64,000 bases of DNA, from positions 2,076 to 66,075 of the forward strand of contig JAGHAZ010000027.1 in assembly GCA_021161255.1 (NCBI GenBank), given 5' to 3'. The notes beneath the pieces were generated by a model that was given only the letters and a program-made list of their open reading frames with translations, was not told the origin of the DNA and did no database searches. Below are positions 18,619 to 27,966 of the stretch, one piece after another (within the stretch, counting starts at the first letter, position 1; each line of letters starts with the position of its first letter). The stretch comes from Candidatus Bathyarchaeota archaeon. Its GTDB lineage: Archaea; Thermoproteota; CALKCG01; B24. Made by a program: the position numbers and the translations under genes.

Positions 18619-21600
18619 TTACCTTCCAGATCCAGTACCGGTCATCAGAGACTTCTTGTATCTCTCCCAGTCTTTAAGCGCATCTCTTACGACGCTTACC
18701 GTTAACTCTATCGCTCGCTCAGGCATACCTTCGACCTCGGGTTTCGACAAGAGAGTTATATAGAACCTATCTGAATCACGCGTTCTCGTAGCTCTGAGCT
18801 CGTTTATGGTGGCATACTCCTTGTATCTGTGTATAAATCGTACTCTGACTACCTCAGTGCCGTCAACTAGAATCTCTTCTTCAAGCTTGAGGTTTTCGAT
18901 GCGTTCGACTAGACCCGAGACCTCCTTCAACCTATCAGTTATGAATGCTGTGAAGAAGGGTTTCTCGCGTTTATGAACCCTAACAGGCATGGATATGCTT
19001 CTCTCATGGTAAACCTTGAAGATCTTCTCCTCTCTCTTAGCCTTCTCAGCCTCAGGGATCTTGACTTTTCTTATAAGCGATGGAGTGGCCATAACTGCTG
19101 CTCTGATCGCGGGTACAACCGCGGATAGCACCGAAACACCTATCGAAACCAGTAGCCCTATAACACCCCAATACCATTCAAGCTTCTCTCTGACACCTAT
19201 CTGCCCAGCGGGTCCTAGTAGGCTCATAAGCCTGTAGGCACCTAAACCGATGTAGTAGCCTATGCCGCCGCCTATAAGACCCATAACTATCGACTCGGCT
19301 AGGAAGACGCTGGCTATGTGTGCTGGGTTAAGCCCTAACGCCGCTAAGAGGAACATCTCGTTTCTACGTTCGTAGATCAGGTTGATCATCACCATGAACA
19401 CGTTCAGGAAGACTAGCGTAGCCGGTATCAGAAGCTCTTTGAATCCCTTAATCTCCCATTTTTCACCTGTGTATACTTTTGTAACTTCGCCGTTGAAGAA
19501 GATCCAGGCATAGTATTCTCTCAGAGCCATCTTGTTAGCAAAGTTCTTTAATGTTTTTTCATCGCCCATGGGGATGAAAACCGCAGATATGCCCACTTTT
19601 TCCGAGAGACCGGTTGTCTCTCCCTCTGAAGAGGGAAGCGATATTATCGTCCAAGCGTTGAAAACGGCGAACTCTGTGGCGTTGACAGGCTGAAGTTCTC
19701 CTTCGCTGGTAAGCTTATAGGGTGCTATAGGCTTACCGTTCAAATCGTTAACTCCCAGAATCGCTGGGTTTACATAGCCTACTAGCGTAAAATTCCAGGT
19801 TTGCGTTTCCACACCTCCCATTAGTCGAGATACTTGAATCCTATCCCCAGGCTTTACTCCGAGACTCCTAGCTAAGCTTTCGGTTATCGCTATGCTCATG
19901 TTTTCCTCGAAGAATCCCTTCGGCAAGTAGTTGGCCACGCCTAAGACCTCAGCCTCCTCAGCGGTTAAACCAAGTACACCTAGGAGGTCTACGTTACGCC
20001 CCTTCAAACTCCTTAAACGCACCACCGAGGAGTTTGAGGGAACGTTTTCCACCCTGATCATAAAGTTCTCGGCTCCATAGGCCTTCAAAGCCTCCAGCTC
20101 TCCTGCTGCGAAAAACTGTTGCACACTCGAGATCTTCGTGGCATTCAGAGGTGCCTTCTCTAAGAGACAGCCATTCACGTGAACGTTTGTAGAGGAGGGG
20201 CCCTCGACTACTATACCTTGAACCCTCGAGAACGATGTAAACGCTGTCAGCACCATCACAAGCATCGCTAGCGATAGGATGCAGAAGCTGGACCTAAGCT
20301 TTCTACGTTTGACGTTACGCTTGCCTATGGAGAATATGACGGTGATTATACTCTTAAGCGACGCTCTCCCCTCGATCTCTGGTGGTCTATAGATCCGTGG
20401 GAAGATGAAGTATAGGGTGACCGTTAACACGATCGACGCTATGATCACAGCGATGAAGAATAGATTTCCTTGAACTGTTACAGCCTTAAGGCCGAATACC
20501 TTTCCGAAGCCGAAGAGGTCGAACACTATCTTACACTGAGGATGCATGATTATCCTGAAGCCTGGGTAGATGTAATACAGCGAGACTATGATCAGTGGGT
20601 ACAATATTAGCGTCGTGATCAGCTTTTTCCTAGTGTCTTCAAACAGGAAGCTTCCTATAGCTATCGAGAAGACGGCGAAGAACGGTGGATAGAACGTTGC
20701 ATGAGACTGTGCTAAAGCTCTCATAACGCCTAGACGGTTTTCAAGAAGCCTTAGACTGTAGTATGCTTCCTCAAGATACTGAAACCTAGCCGCGTCAAGC
20801 TCGCTCTCGGTTGGGCTTGGGTTCAACGGTGGTAATAAGCTTTTAGCCGCTTCAACGTTTTGTATAACTCCCTGCTGGAGGTCTTCTCTCTCAGCTCCGA
20901 CGTAGAATCCTTCTTGCTCAGCCTGTGCAAGCTTCTCCTCGAGTTCCCTAGTTAAAGTCTCAAGCGTGTCGGCGCTCACTTTATACATCTCGCTTCGGAT
21001 GTCTACGAGTATCTTCTCTCCCTTATGCAACTTTATCGGTTTACCTTGAAAGCCTATGAGCATAGAGAGAACATCTTTCCTCCTCGTACGTTCATTGAGG
21101 AATTGCATCTTCGCTACTAGATAGACGGATGTATCAGCCGGTATTATTATCACGTTTCTTGCGAATAACTCTCGTGAGGATAGATACTGAATGTCGGCTC
21201 CTAATATTCCAAGCCTTTTTTTAACGCTGTGAACCGGTGGCTCACCGTATATCACGACTGTTCCACTAGGAAGCATGGGCGTTTCGAAAGTCGAGGAGTC
21301 TACAAGGGTAATTATATACCATGAAGGCGCAGATTTGCTGAGTATATACCACATGTCGGCTTTTCTCCTTGGATAGATCTCCACCATAGCCCCTGGTACG
21401 AGATCAAAATCTATTTTCAACGAGTTTTTTACCCCACCGTTCGAGATATCTTCAGGATATAGCGCCGGTACGTAGTCGACCAATCCTGTAGACTCGTTTG
21501 TATGGAGCACATAGATCAGATACTCACATCTCAGACCGTACATGTCATACATCGGTAGAGTGATCTCGTAGAAGCCCTCGCTGTTCGTGTACGTGATAAA

Positions 21601-21792
21601 ATATCTCTGCTCAAAGCTTCCACGCCAGGGTATCGCTATTATAGTTGCGTTAAAGATGGGCTTCGACGTGTAGTAGTCTATAACCCTACCGTAGATCCTT
21701 AAGGTCTCATCGTTCGGCTGAGCGATAGCGTTAAACGTTATTAAGGATAGTAGCACTAGAGTGATGGAAAGCAAAATCTGTTGTCTTCGCAT
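18619..21792 (-). CDS. Giant (1057 aa) surface/membrane protein: signal peptide, carboxypeptidase-regulatory-like (transthyretin-fold-like) N-terminal module, extracellular coiled-coil, TM cluster, FtsX permease domain, cytoplasmic tail
   Basis: ATG start. The N-terminal ...RIYGRVIDYYTSKPIFNATIIAI... pattern is typical of CarbopepD_reg-like beta-sandwich modules. FtsX motif ...LVFLNVFMVMINLIYERRNEMFLLAALGLNPAHIASVFLAESIVMGLIGGGIGYYIG.... Paralog of the other two giant ORFs. Confidence 0.65.
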   Translation of the reverse strand: MRRQQILLSITLVLLSLITFNAIAQPNDETLRIYGRVIDYYTSKPIFNATIIAIPWRGSFEQRYFITYTNSEGFYEITLPMYDMYGLRCEYLIYVLHTNESTGLVDYVPALYPEDISNGGVKNSLKIDFDLVPGAMVEIYPRRKADMWYILSKSAPSWYIITLVDSSTFETPMLPSGTVVIYGEPPVHSVKKRLGILGADIQYLSSRELFARNVIIIPADTSVYLVAKMQFLNERTRRKDVLSMLIGFQGKPIKLHKGEKILVDIRSEMYKVSADTLETLTRELEEKLAQAEQEGFYVGAEREDLQQGVIQNVEAAKSLLPPLNPSPTESELDAARFQYLEEAYYSLRLLENRLGVMRALAQSHATFYPPFFAVFSIAIGSFLFEDTRKKLITTLILYPLIIVSLYYIYPGFRIIMHPQCKIVFDLFGFGKVFGLKAVTVQGNLFFIAVIIASIVLTVTLYFIFPRIYRPPEIEGRASLKSIITVIFSIGKRNVKRRKLRSSFCILSLAMLVMVLTAFTSFSRVQGIVVEGPSSTNVHVNGCLLEKAPLNATKISSVQQFFAAGELEALKAYGAENFMIRVENVPSNSSVVRLRSLKGRNVDLLGVLGLTAEEAEVLGVANYLPKGFFEENMSIAITESLARSLGVKPGDRIQVSRLMGGVETQTWNFTLVGYVNPAILGVNDLNGKPIAPYKLTSEGELQPVNATEFAVFNAWTIISLPSSEGETTGLSEKVGISAVFIPMGDEKTLKNFANKMALREYYAWIFFNGEVTKVYTGEKWEIKGFKELLIPATLVFLNVFMVMINLIYERRNEMFLLAALGLNPAHIASVFLAESIVMGLIGGGIGYYIGLGAYRLMSLLGPAGQIGVREKLEWYWGVIGLLVSIGVSVLSAVVPAIRAAVMATPSLIRKVKIPEAEKAKREEKIFKVYHERSISMPVRVHKREKPFFTAFITDRLKEVSGLVERIENLKLEEEILVDGTEVVRVRFIHRYKEYATINELRATRTRDSDRFYITLLSKPEVEGMPERAIELTVSVVRDALKDWERYKKSLMTGTGSGR

Positions 21793-21920
21793 AAATACAC
21801 ACCGAGGCTAATAAGAGGGTACAACTTTTTTATATTCTTTATCTTCTCCATGGATATTTCACCTTAAATAACGAGGTCATACTTTAAATTCGACCCCACG
21901 CTAAGAAAAGGTTTTTAATT

Positions 21921-23213
21921 TTAATCCAAGAACCTTTTACCCCAATACTCCAAGGCACGTTTAAGCTCAGGACTACTCTTAGCATACTCCTCGAGCGGTA
22001 CTCCTTGCATAACAGCCTCTATAGCCGCCATCATGGCTTTGGCACCTGCTCTTGTGCCGTCTGGATGTCCATGTATACCGCCACCTGCGTTGATGAGTAT
22101 ATCCCTACCGAGTGCCTCTATGTTCCTAGGCACTAGGGCTGGGTGTATTCCTCCCGACGCCACGGGCATGACGTTTTTAAGACCATACCATGGTTCCCTA
22201 AGCCAATCGTCTATACGCCTCAGCTCTGAGACCGAGGTTGTTTTTTCCATTTTACCCGCGGCGGTTCCTGTGTGAAGCTGGTCACCGCCCGCAAGCCTGA
22301 CAAGCTTGGCTATGACCATCATATGTATTCCATGTCTGGGATTTCTAGTGAAGGCCGCGTGCATGGCCCTATGGACGTGTATCGGTACGTTTACAGAGGG
22401 ATCTTCGGCTATGGCCTTCAACGCAGAGAATCCTGCACATATCACGTCTACCATGAGACAGTTAGCTCCATTCTCTATAGCCTTATCTGCGTACTCGAGT
22501 ATTTTAGGATAGTCAGCTGTCACGTTTAGGGCGTAAAGCACATGCTTACCGGTCTCTTCCCTAACTCTATCTAGCATCTCCATAACATGGGTTAGTCTAT
22601 CGAGCAGGGGACAGAAGCGTTGGTTAACCAAGGTTTCGTCGTCTTTAACTAGGTCTACACCCCCCATAGCCGCCTCGTAAGCCACCTTAGCGAATTCTTT
22701 AGGGTTTAAACCTACTTTAGGCTTAACGATCGTGCCTAGATGAGGGCGTCTGCTTTCGAGGGTTCCGACGATCTTCCTGATACCTTCTATGCCAAACTTA
22801 GGGCCTTTAAACATCTGAACATAGCTTTTTGGTAAGTGTATATCTAACAACCTGACGTTTTCGACTGAGGATAACCCAAATACATTACCGGCTGCCACGC
22901 TTAAGAGGTTCGGTATACCGCTTTCTAGGTCGAATAGCTCAAGAGGTGTGGCTATGTGAACGATACCATAGCCGTTTCTATGCTCAAGTTTAAAGATCCT
23001 ACCTGCTAAATGTCTGGGCTCACCTGTCTTAACCCTGGTCCACGTTCCTATGGTGGATTCGGCTGCTAAATCTATACCGGCGTCTAGAAGCGTTATACCA
23101 GGTCTAGGCTCGACAAGGTAGGTGGTGATTACGTGTTTATCAGGATCTGCCCAGTTTTCAGGAGCCGTGTATATTTCACGCCAATAATCCCTCGACGTTT
23201 CTATATGGGTCAT
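21921..23213 (-). CDS. rbcL: Ribulose-1,5-bisphosphate carboxylase/oxygenase large subunit, archaeal type III
   Basis: 430-aa ORF with RuBisCO active-site signatures all present: ESTIGTWT, AAGNVFGL, KPKVGL, GGVDLVKDDE (carbamylated Lys), IHVHRAMH, PVASGGIHP, GGGIHGHP. Confidence 0.85.
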   Translation of the reverse strand: MTHIETSRDYWREIYTAPENWADPDKHVITTYLVEPRPGITLLDAGIDLAAESTIGTWTRVKTGEPRHLAGRIFKLEHRNGYGIVHIATPLELFDLESGIPNLLSVAAGNVFGLSSVENVRLLDIHLPKSYVQMFKGPKFGIEGIRKIVGTLESRRPHLGTIVKPKVGLNPKEFAKVAYEAAMGGVDLVKDDETLVNQRFCPLLDRLTHVMEMLDRVREETGKHVLYALNVTADYPKILEYADKAIENGANCLMVDVICAGFSALKAIAEDPSVNVPIHVHRAMHAAFTRNPRHGIHMMVIAKLVRLAGGDQLHTGTAAGKMEKTTSVSELRRIDDWLREPWYGLKNVMPVASGGIHPALVPRNIEALGRDILINAGGGIHGHPDGTRAGAKAMMAAIEAVMQGVPLEEYAKSSPELKRALEYWGKRFLD

Positions 23214-23290
23214 CGTTTATCCATCTTATAGAGGGGTGTCTTCATAAACTTAAGGGTTCCTGGTTTGGAAAGTATTATATCGCTAATCCG

Positions 23291-24655
23291 GTGATAACTA
23301 TCTTCCCGATGGGTATCGTAGAATACCTTGAATCCACTAGAAGTGAGTACATAGAGAACTTCCGGAGATTCTTGAGACAACCAAGCGTATCAGCCAAGGG
23401 TATCGGCATAGACGAATGCGCCAGGCTTCTAGAAGAACTTATGGAAGAGTGGGGTCTTGACGCTGAGATTATGCAAACTGATGGAAACCCCATCGTTTAT
23501 GCGATGGTCGAATCCAAAAAGTCTGACAGAACCCTACTCGTCTACAGCCACTACGACGTACAGCCTCCAGAGCCGCTTGAGGAATGGATCAGCCCACCGT
23601 TCGAGGCTAAAACAGTCGATGGTAGGATAATCGCCAGAGGAGCTGCGGATGCTAAAGGCAATATAATCGCGTTTCTCAAAGCAGTCGAATCCTATCTCAA
23701 GACCGAAGGTGAGCCTCCTGTAAACGTTAAGTTTCTGTTTGAAGGCGAGGAGGAAATCGGAAGCCCTAATCTTCCATCCTTCGTAGAAACTCGAAGGGAT
23801 ATGTTGAAGGCTGACGGGGTCGTATGCTGGGACGGCGGTCTTCACCCCTCTGGCAGACCATCGATAAGCTTAGGAGTTAAGGGAATGTTGTACGTAGAGC
23901 TCAGGTGCCGCGGCGCTAAGACCGACCTTCACTCCTCTCAGGCACCTATAATCGTGAACCCTGCTTGGAGGATCGTATGGGCTTTAAACACGATAAAGTC
24001 CCCAGACGGTAGGATAGAGGTTGAAGGATGGTACGACGACGTTCGCCCTCCGACAGAAGAGGAGCTCAAACTACTATCTGAGATACCGTTTGAAGAGGAG
24101 GTTCTCAAGAGAGAGTTAGGTGTCGAAGAGTTTCTAGGCGGAGTCAAGGGTCTGGAGGCATTAAAGAGACTTGTCTATGAACCTACGGCCAACATAGCCG
24201 GTATCAGCTCAGGTTATACCGGTGCTGGTAGTAAGACGGTCCTACCCTGCGAAGCCATAGCTAAGATAGACTTCAGGCTTGTAGTGGACCAGGATCCAGA
24301 GAAGCTCCTAAAACTGCTTAGAAAACACCTTGATAGAAGAGGATTTAGCGACGTCGAGTTAGTTAAGCTTGGTACGCTCTTGCCGTCTCGGACACCTCTG
24401 TCTGCTCTCATAGCTAAGGCGTCGATGAAGGCTTCTGAGAAAGTGTACCGTGCTAAGCCTGTCGTATATCCGAACTCGGCTGGTTCAGGTCCGGACTTCG
24501 TCTTCACGAAGATACTCGGCCTACATTCTGTATGGACGGGTTGCTCGCCTCCACTGGCCAGAGCGCATGCACCGAACGAGTTTAACACGATTGAACACAT
24601 GGTCAAAGGCGTCTTATACGCGGCTGAGATCATGGAAAACTTCAGAAGCCTCTGA
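23291..24655 (+). CDS. M20-family metallopeptidase (ArgE/DapE/dipeptidase-like)
   Basis: ...LLVYSHYDVQPPEPLEEWISPPFEAKTVDGRIIARGAADAKGN... (M20 metal-binding/catalytic region). The true start may be the internal MGIVEYLE... (~23309). Confidence 0.75.
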   Translation: MITIFPMGIVEYLESTRSEYIENFRRFLRQPSVSAKGIGIDECARLLEELMEEWGLDAEIMQTDGNPIVYAMVESKKSDRTLLVYSHYDVQPPEPLEEWISPPFEAKTVDGRIIARGAADAKGNIIAFLKAVESYLKTEGEPPVNVKFLFEGEEEIGSPNLPSFVETRRDMLKADGVVCWDGGLHPSGRPSISLGVKGMLYVELRCRGAKTDLHSSQAPIIVNPAWRIVWALNTIKSPDGRIEVEGWYDDVRPPTEEELKLLSEIPFEEEVLKRELGVEEFLGGVKGLEALKRLVYEPTANIAGISSGYTGAGSKTVLPCEAIAKIDFRLVVDQDPEKLLKLLRKHLDRRGFSDVELVKLGTLLPSRTPLSALIAKASMKASEKVYRAKPVVYPNSAGSGPDFVFTKILGLHSVWTGCSPPLARAHAPNEFNTIEHMVKGVLYAAEIMENFRSL

Positions 24656-24666
24656 GGTCAACAAGG

Positions 24667-26187
24667 TTGAAGCCTCCTAGGGTAAGGCTTAGATACGTCG
24701 GATTATTGAGCCTAGTAGCCAGTATAGTCGCTGTAGGCTGTGGGGCGTTATTCAGCCTCATAGTAAGTAGGAGGCTTCAACCTTGGGAACTTGGAGAGTG
24801 GCGGTATATCAGCTCGGTTTTTACATACTTTCTGATCCCCCTTAACATATTGAACTTCTGGACCGTGAGATACGTATCTAGAGGCTTCCAAGTTTATTCC
24901 ACCGTGGTCTTAACAGGTTTACTAGTGGGTGTATTTGCCTCCGTGTCTTTTCACGCACTCTCCCCCTTACTAGTCGACCGACTGGAGCATACAGTGATAG
25001 TCGTAGCCTCACTTCAATTGTTCACGATGTTTGTGGCGGGTTGTATAGATTCCCTAGCCCTAGGGTTCAAGCCTCAAGTGGCTCAGTATGGCTCCATGTC
25101 CTTCGAGATCGTGAAGACCGTAATGGCATATTTTCTAATCCTCCTCCTGAGGATGAGGCTTGTAGGAGCTTTCATCTCGGTAGCGTTTGCGTTTGCCGTA
25201 AAGGCTTTCATAGAATTTTTGATGATTAGAGACGCCGAGTGGAAGCGTTTTAACCCTGGCTTTCTGAAAGAGGTCATACGGCTTTCATGGCTACCGTTGT
25301 ATTCGACCTTTGTCTCAAGCCTCGCCTCTCTAGACGTCATAGTGATAACGGCTATTCTCGGTGAAACCGTGTCCATCGGGTTCTGGACGGCGGCGTTCAC
25401 GATCGGAAATCTTCCCTCCATCGCCTTGTCGCTATCGGCGGGTTTATATCCACACCTCCTCAGAGAGGTTAAGGTTAAAGACGTAGAACTTTCTACGAGA
25501 CTCGTATACATGCTATCAACCCCTATAACGTTGGGTATAATACTGATCGCCGAGCCTCTGCTTAACATTCTTAGACCTGAGTATGCAACCGTCTGGGTTG
25601 CCTCCTCTATCCTAGCGGTGAATAGCTATCTCCTAGGAATCTCATCCATATCGTCGACAAGCCTCATGGGTTCCGAAGATATAGAGCTTAGGGATAAGGC
25701 GTTTAAATCATACCTCGGAAGCGTCCTGTTCAAGTTGCCGAGTTTAAACCTTGCGAGGTTCACGACGTATCTAGTGATACTGGTGGTGTTTTTTTCGACG
25801 TTTAAACCTGACACGGTTAGCGCTACGATAACCCTATGGGCTATCATAAGGCTCTTAGTGAATCTTCCATTCAGCCTTTACGTCGCTTATTGGTCTGCCA
25901 GACGTCTAAAATGGAGTCTGCCGTTTAAGCAGATGGGTAAATACCTTATCCTATCGCTTTTCATGGTTCCGCCAGTACTCCTGGTTAAACCCCGTTCCTT
26001 AAGCGTTCAGGCAGTTAATGCCCTTCTAGAGCTTGCCCCCTCCATACTCTTAGGCGCATCTGTGTATCTATCTCTTCTCTACGTTTTCGACAGGGAATTC
26101 CGTAGCCTTGTCTCGGGAGTCTTAAGGTTTCTGAAAACGTACTATTTGGTTTATGCACCACGGGATGACCGAAAACCTTATGGTTAA
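24667..26187 (+). CDS. Polytopic membrane protein, probably an oligosaccharide/polysaccharide flippase (MOP/Wzx-like)
   Basis: 506-aa ORF with ~12-14 hydrophobic helices and no soluble domains. The assignment rests on overall topology only. Confidence 0.4.
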   Translation: MKPPRVRLRYVGLLSLVASIVAVGCGALFSLIVSRRLQPWELGEWRYISSVFTYFLIPLNILNFWTVRYVSRGFQVYSTVVLTGLLVGVFASVSFHALSPLLVDRLEHTVIVVASLQLFTMFVAGCIDSLALGFKPQVAQYGSMSFEIVKTVMAYFLILLLRMRLVGAFISVAFAFAVKAFIEFLMIRDAEWKRFNPGFLKEVIRLSWLPLYSTFVSSLASLDVIVITAILGETVSIGFWTAAFTIGNLPSIALSLSAGLYPHLLREVKVKDVELSTRLVYMLSTPITLGIILIAEPLLNILRPEYATVWVASSILAVNSYLLGISSISSTSLMGSEDIELRDKAFKSYLGSVLFKLPSLNLARFTTYLVILVVFFSTFKPDTVSATITLWAIIRLLVNLPFSLYVAYWSARRLKWSLPFKQMGKYLILSLFMVPPVLLVKPRSLSVQAVNALLELAPSILLGASVYLSLLYVFDREFRSLVSGVLRFLKTYYLVYAPRDDRKPYG

Positions 26188-26218
26188 GACAGCCGGTTTA
26201 TCTTCACCAATGTCGTGT

Positions 26219-27478
26219 ATGAACGTGGTTGAAAAGATCTTGTGTCGAGTTTCTGGAAAGAGTCGTGTAGAGCCGGGTGAGTTTATACGTGCTAGGGTCG
26301 ATAAGGTGATGTTTCACGACCTCACAGGACCTCTAACCGTTAAGGCGTTCCGGGAGATCGGCGCCTCTAAAGTCTGGGATCCAGATAGAGTGATCGTGAT
26401 CTTCGACCATCTAGTTCCTGCGAACACTGAGAGAGCGTCCTTAAACCAAAAGACCATAAGAGAGTTTGTCGGGGAACAAGGGATCAAAGCGTTCTACGAC
26501 ATCGGTAGAGGAGGTATATGCCACCAAGTTATGGTAGAAAAGGGTCATGCTCAACCCGGCGAACTGATAGTGGGCGCTGATTCGCACACCTGCACATATG
26601 GGGCTATAGGAGCGTTCTCGACCGGTATGGGCGCCACTGACGTAGCGGCCATACTAGCCACCGGTGAGACGTGGTTGAGGGTTCCTGAGGTCGTCTGTAT
26701 GAACGTCGAAGGTGAGTTGGGTGATATGGTTACTCCTAAGGACGTGATCCTCAGCATCATAGGTTCTGTCACCGTCTCAGGTGCCGTCTATAAGGCTGTG
26801 GTTTTCCGAGGTCCTACCGTAGAGTCTATGAGCATCGCTGGCCGTATGACGATGTGCAACATGGCTGTAGAGATGGGCGCTAAAACTGGGATAGTCGAAC
26901 CTGATGAAGTGACTAGACGTTACTTCGAGTCTAGGGGCTTACCCTTCAAGCCTGGCTTCCGGAGCGACCCAGACGCGTCTTTCGAGGATACCTATGACTT
27001 CGACTTCTCTAGCCTAGAGCCTCAAGTGGCTTGTCCAAGCTCGGTAGACAACGTTAAACCCGTATCAGAGGTAGAGGGTGTTCCCGTGGACCAGGCTTAC
27101 ATCGGCTCTTGCACTAACGGCCGATTGGAAGATTTGAGGATAGCAGCGAAGATCGTTAAGGGTAGGAGAGTTAAACCTGGAGTAAGGGCTTTAGTGGTTC
27201 CCGCTTCCCAAGAGGTTTATCGAGCTGCTTTAAGGGAGGGTTTGATAGATATATTCGTCGAAGCTGGTGTATTAGTGTGTAACCCGACTTGCGGGGCCTG
27301 TATCGGGGCTCACATGGGCGTTCTAGCTGAGGGAGAAACGTGTATCGCTTCGATAAATAGAAACTTTGTAGGACGTATGGGAAGCACCAAGGCCAAGGTT
27401 TATCTAGCGTCTCCTGCTACGGTTATGGCGTCTGCCGTGGAGGGTCGTATAACCGACCCTAGGAGGCTGGTATCTTGA
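26219..27478 (+). CDS. leuC: 3-isopropylmalate dehydratase / homoaconitase large subunit (aconitase family)
   Basis: ...DKVMFHDLTGP...GICHQVMVEKGHAQPGELIVGADSHTCTYGA...GSCTNGR...CNPTCGACIG... covers the Fe-S cluster ligands. The track ORF starts at 26153 inside the upstream gene; MNVVEKILCR (26219) is the likely true start. Confidence 0.85.
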   Translation: MNVVEKILCRVSGKSRVEPGEFIRARVDKVMFHDLTGPLTVKAFREIGASKVWDPDRVIVIFDHLVPANTERASLNQKTIREFVGEQGIKAFYDIGRGGICHQVMVEKGHAQPGELIVGADSHTCTYGAIGAFSTGMGATDVAAILATGETWLRVPEVVCMNVEGELGDMVTPKDVILSIIGSVTVSGAVYKAVVFRGPTVESMSIAGRMTMCNMAVEMGAKTGIVEPDEVTRRYFESRGLPFKPGFRSDPDASFEDTYDFDFSSLEPQVACPSSVDNVKPVSEVEGVPVDQAYIGSCTNGRLEDLRIAAKIVKGRRVKPGVRALVVPASQEVYRAALREGLIDIFVEAGVLVCNPTCGACIGAHMGVLAEGETCIASINRNFVGRMGSTKAKVYLASPATVMASAVEGRITDPRRLVS

Positions 27479-27966
27479 AGGTTAGAGGTTATGCGGTCAA
27501 ATACGGGGATAACATAGACACCGACGTTATAATCCCCGGTAGGTATCTCGGTATAACCGATCCAGAGGAGCTGGGAAGACACGCGATGGAAGGGCTAGAC
27601 CCCGAGTTTCCGTCCAAGATCAAGCAGACCGGCATCTTAGTGGCTGGTGTGAACTTCGGATGCGGCTCGAGTAGGGAGGAGGCGCCATTGGCGTTGAAGT
27701 ATTCCGGGGTGAAATGCATAATCGCGAAGTCTTTCGCGAGGATATTCTTCCGGAACGCGATAAACGTCGGTTTACCCATAGTGATCTGCCCGGAAGCCGT
27801 GGGAAAAATCGAGGAGGGCGACGAGCTGACGATAGACCTGGCCGAGGGGACGATAGTTAACGAGTCTAAAGACGAAACGTACAGAATGGTTCCTCTACCG
27901 AAGTTTATACTCGACATATTAAGAGACGGCGGGCTGATACCTCATCTCAGGAGGAAGGGCTTTTGA
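27475..27966 (+). CDS. leuD: 3-isopropylmalate dehydratase small subunit
   Basis: ...YGDNIDTDVIIPGRYL...GVNFGCGSSREEAPLAL...IIAKSFARIFFRNAINVGL.... Overlaps the leuC stop by 4 nt (ATGA-type coupling). Confidence 0.85.
   Translation: MKVRGYAVKYGDNIDTDVIIPGRYLGITDPEELGRHAMEGLDPEFPSKIKQTGILVAGVNFGCGSSREEAPLALKYSGVKCIIAKSFARIFFRNAINVGLPIVICPEAVGKIEEGDELTIDLAEGTIVNESKDETYRMVPLPKFILDILRDGGLIPHLRRKGF

Noticed and set aside
27489-27917. 142-aa antisense ORF inside leuD, and similar antisense ORFs inside leuA (30066..30572), rpoA (45814..46101, 45571..45786), nusA/L30e (46473..47021) and EF-1alpha (49017..49499)
   Set aside because: All are fully contained within strongly supported genes on the other strand. 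They are low-complexity (Ser/Pro/Leu-rich) and carry no motifs.
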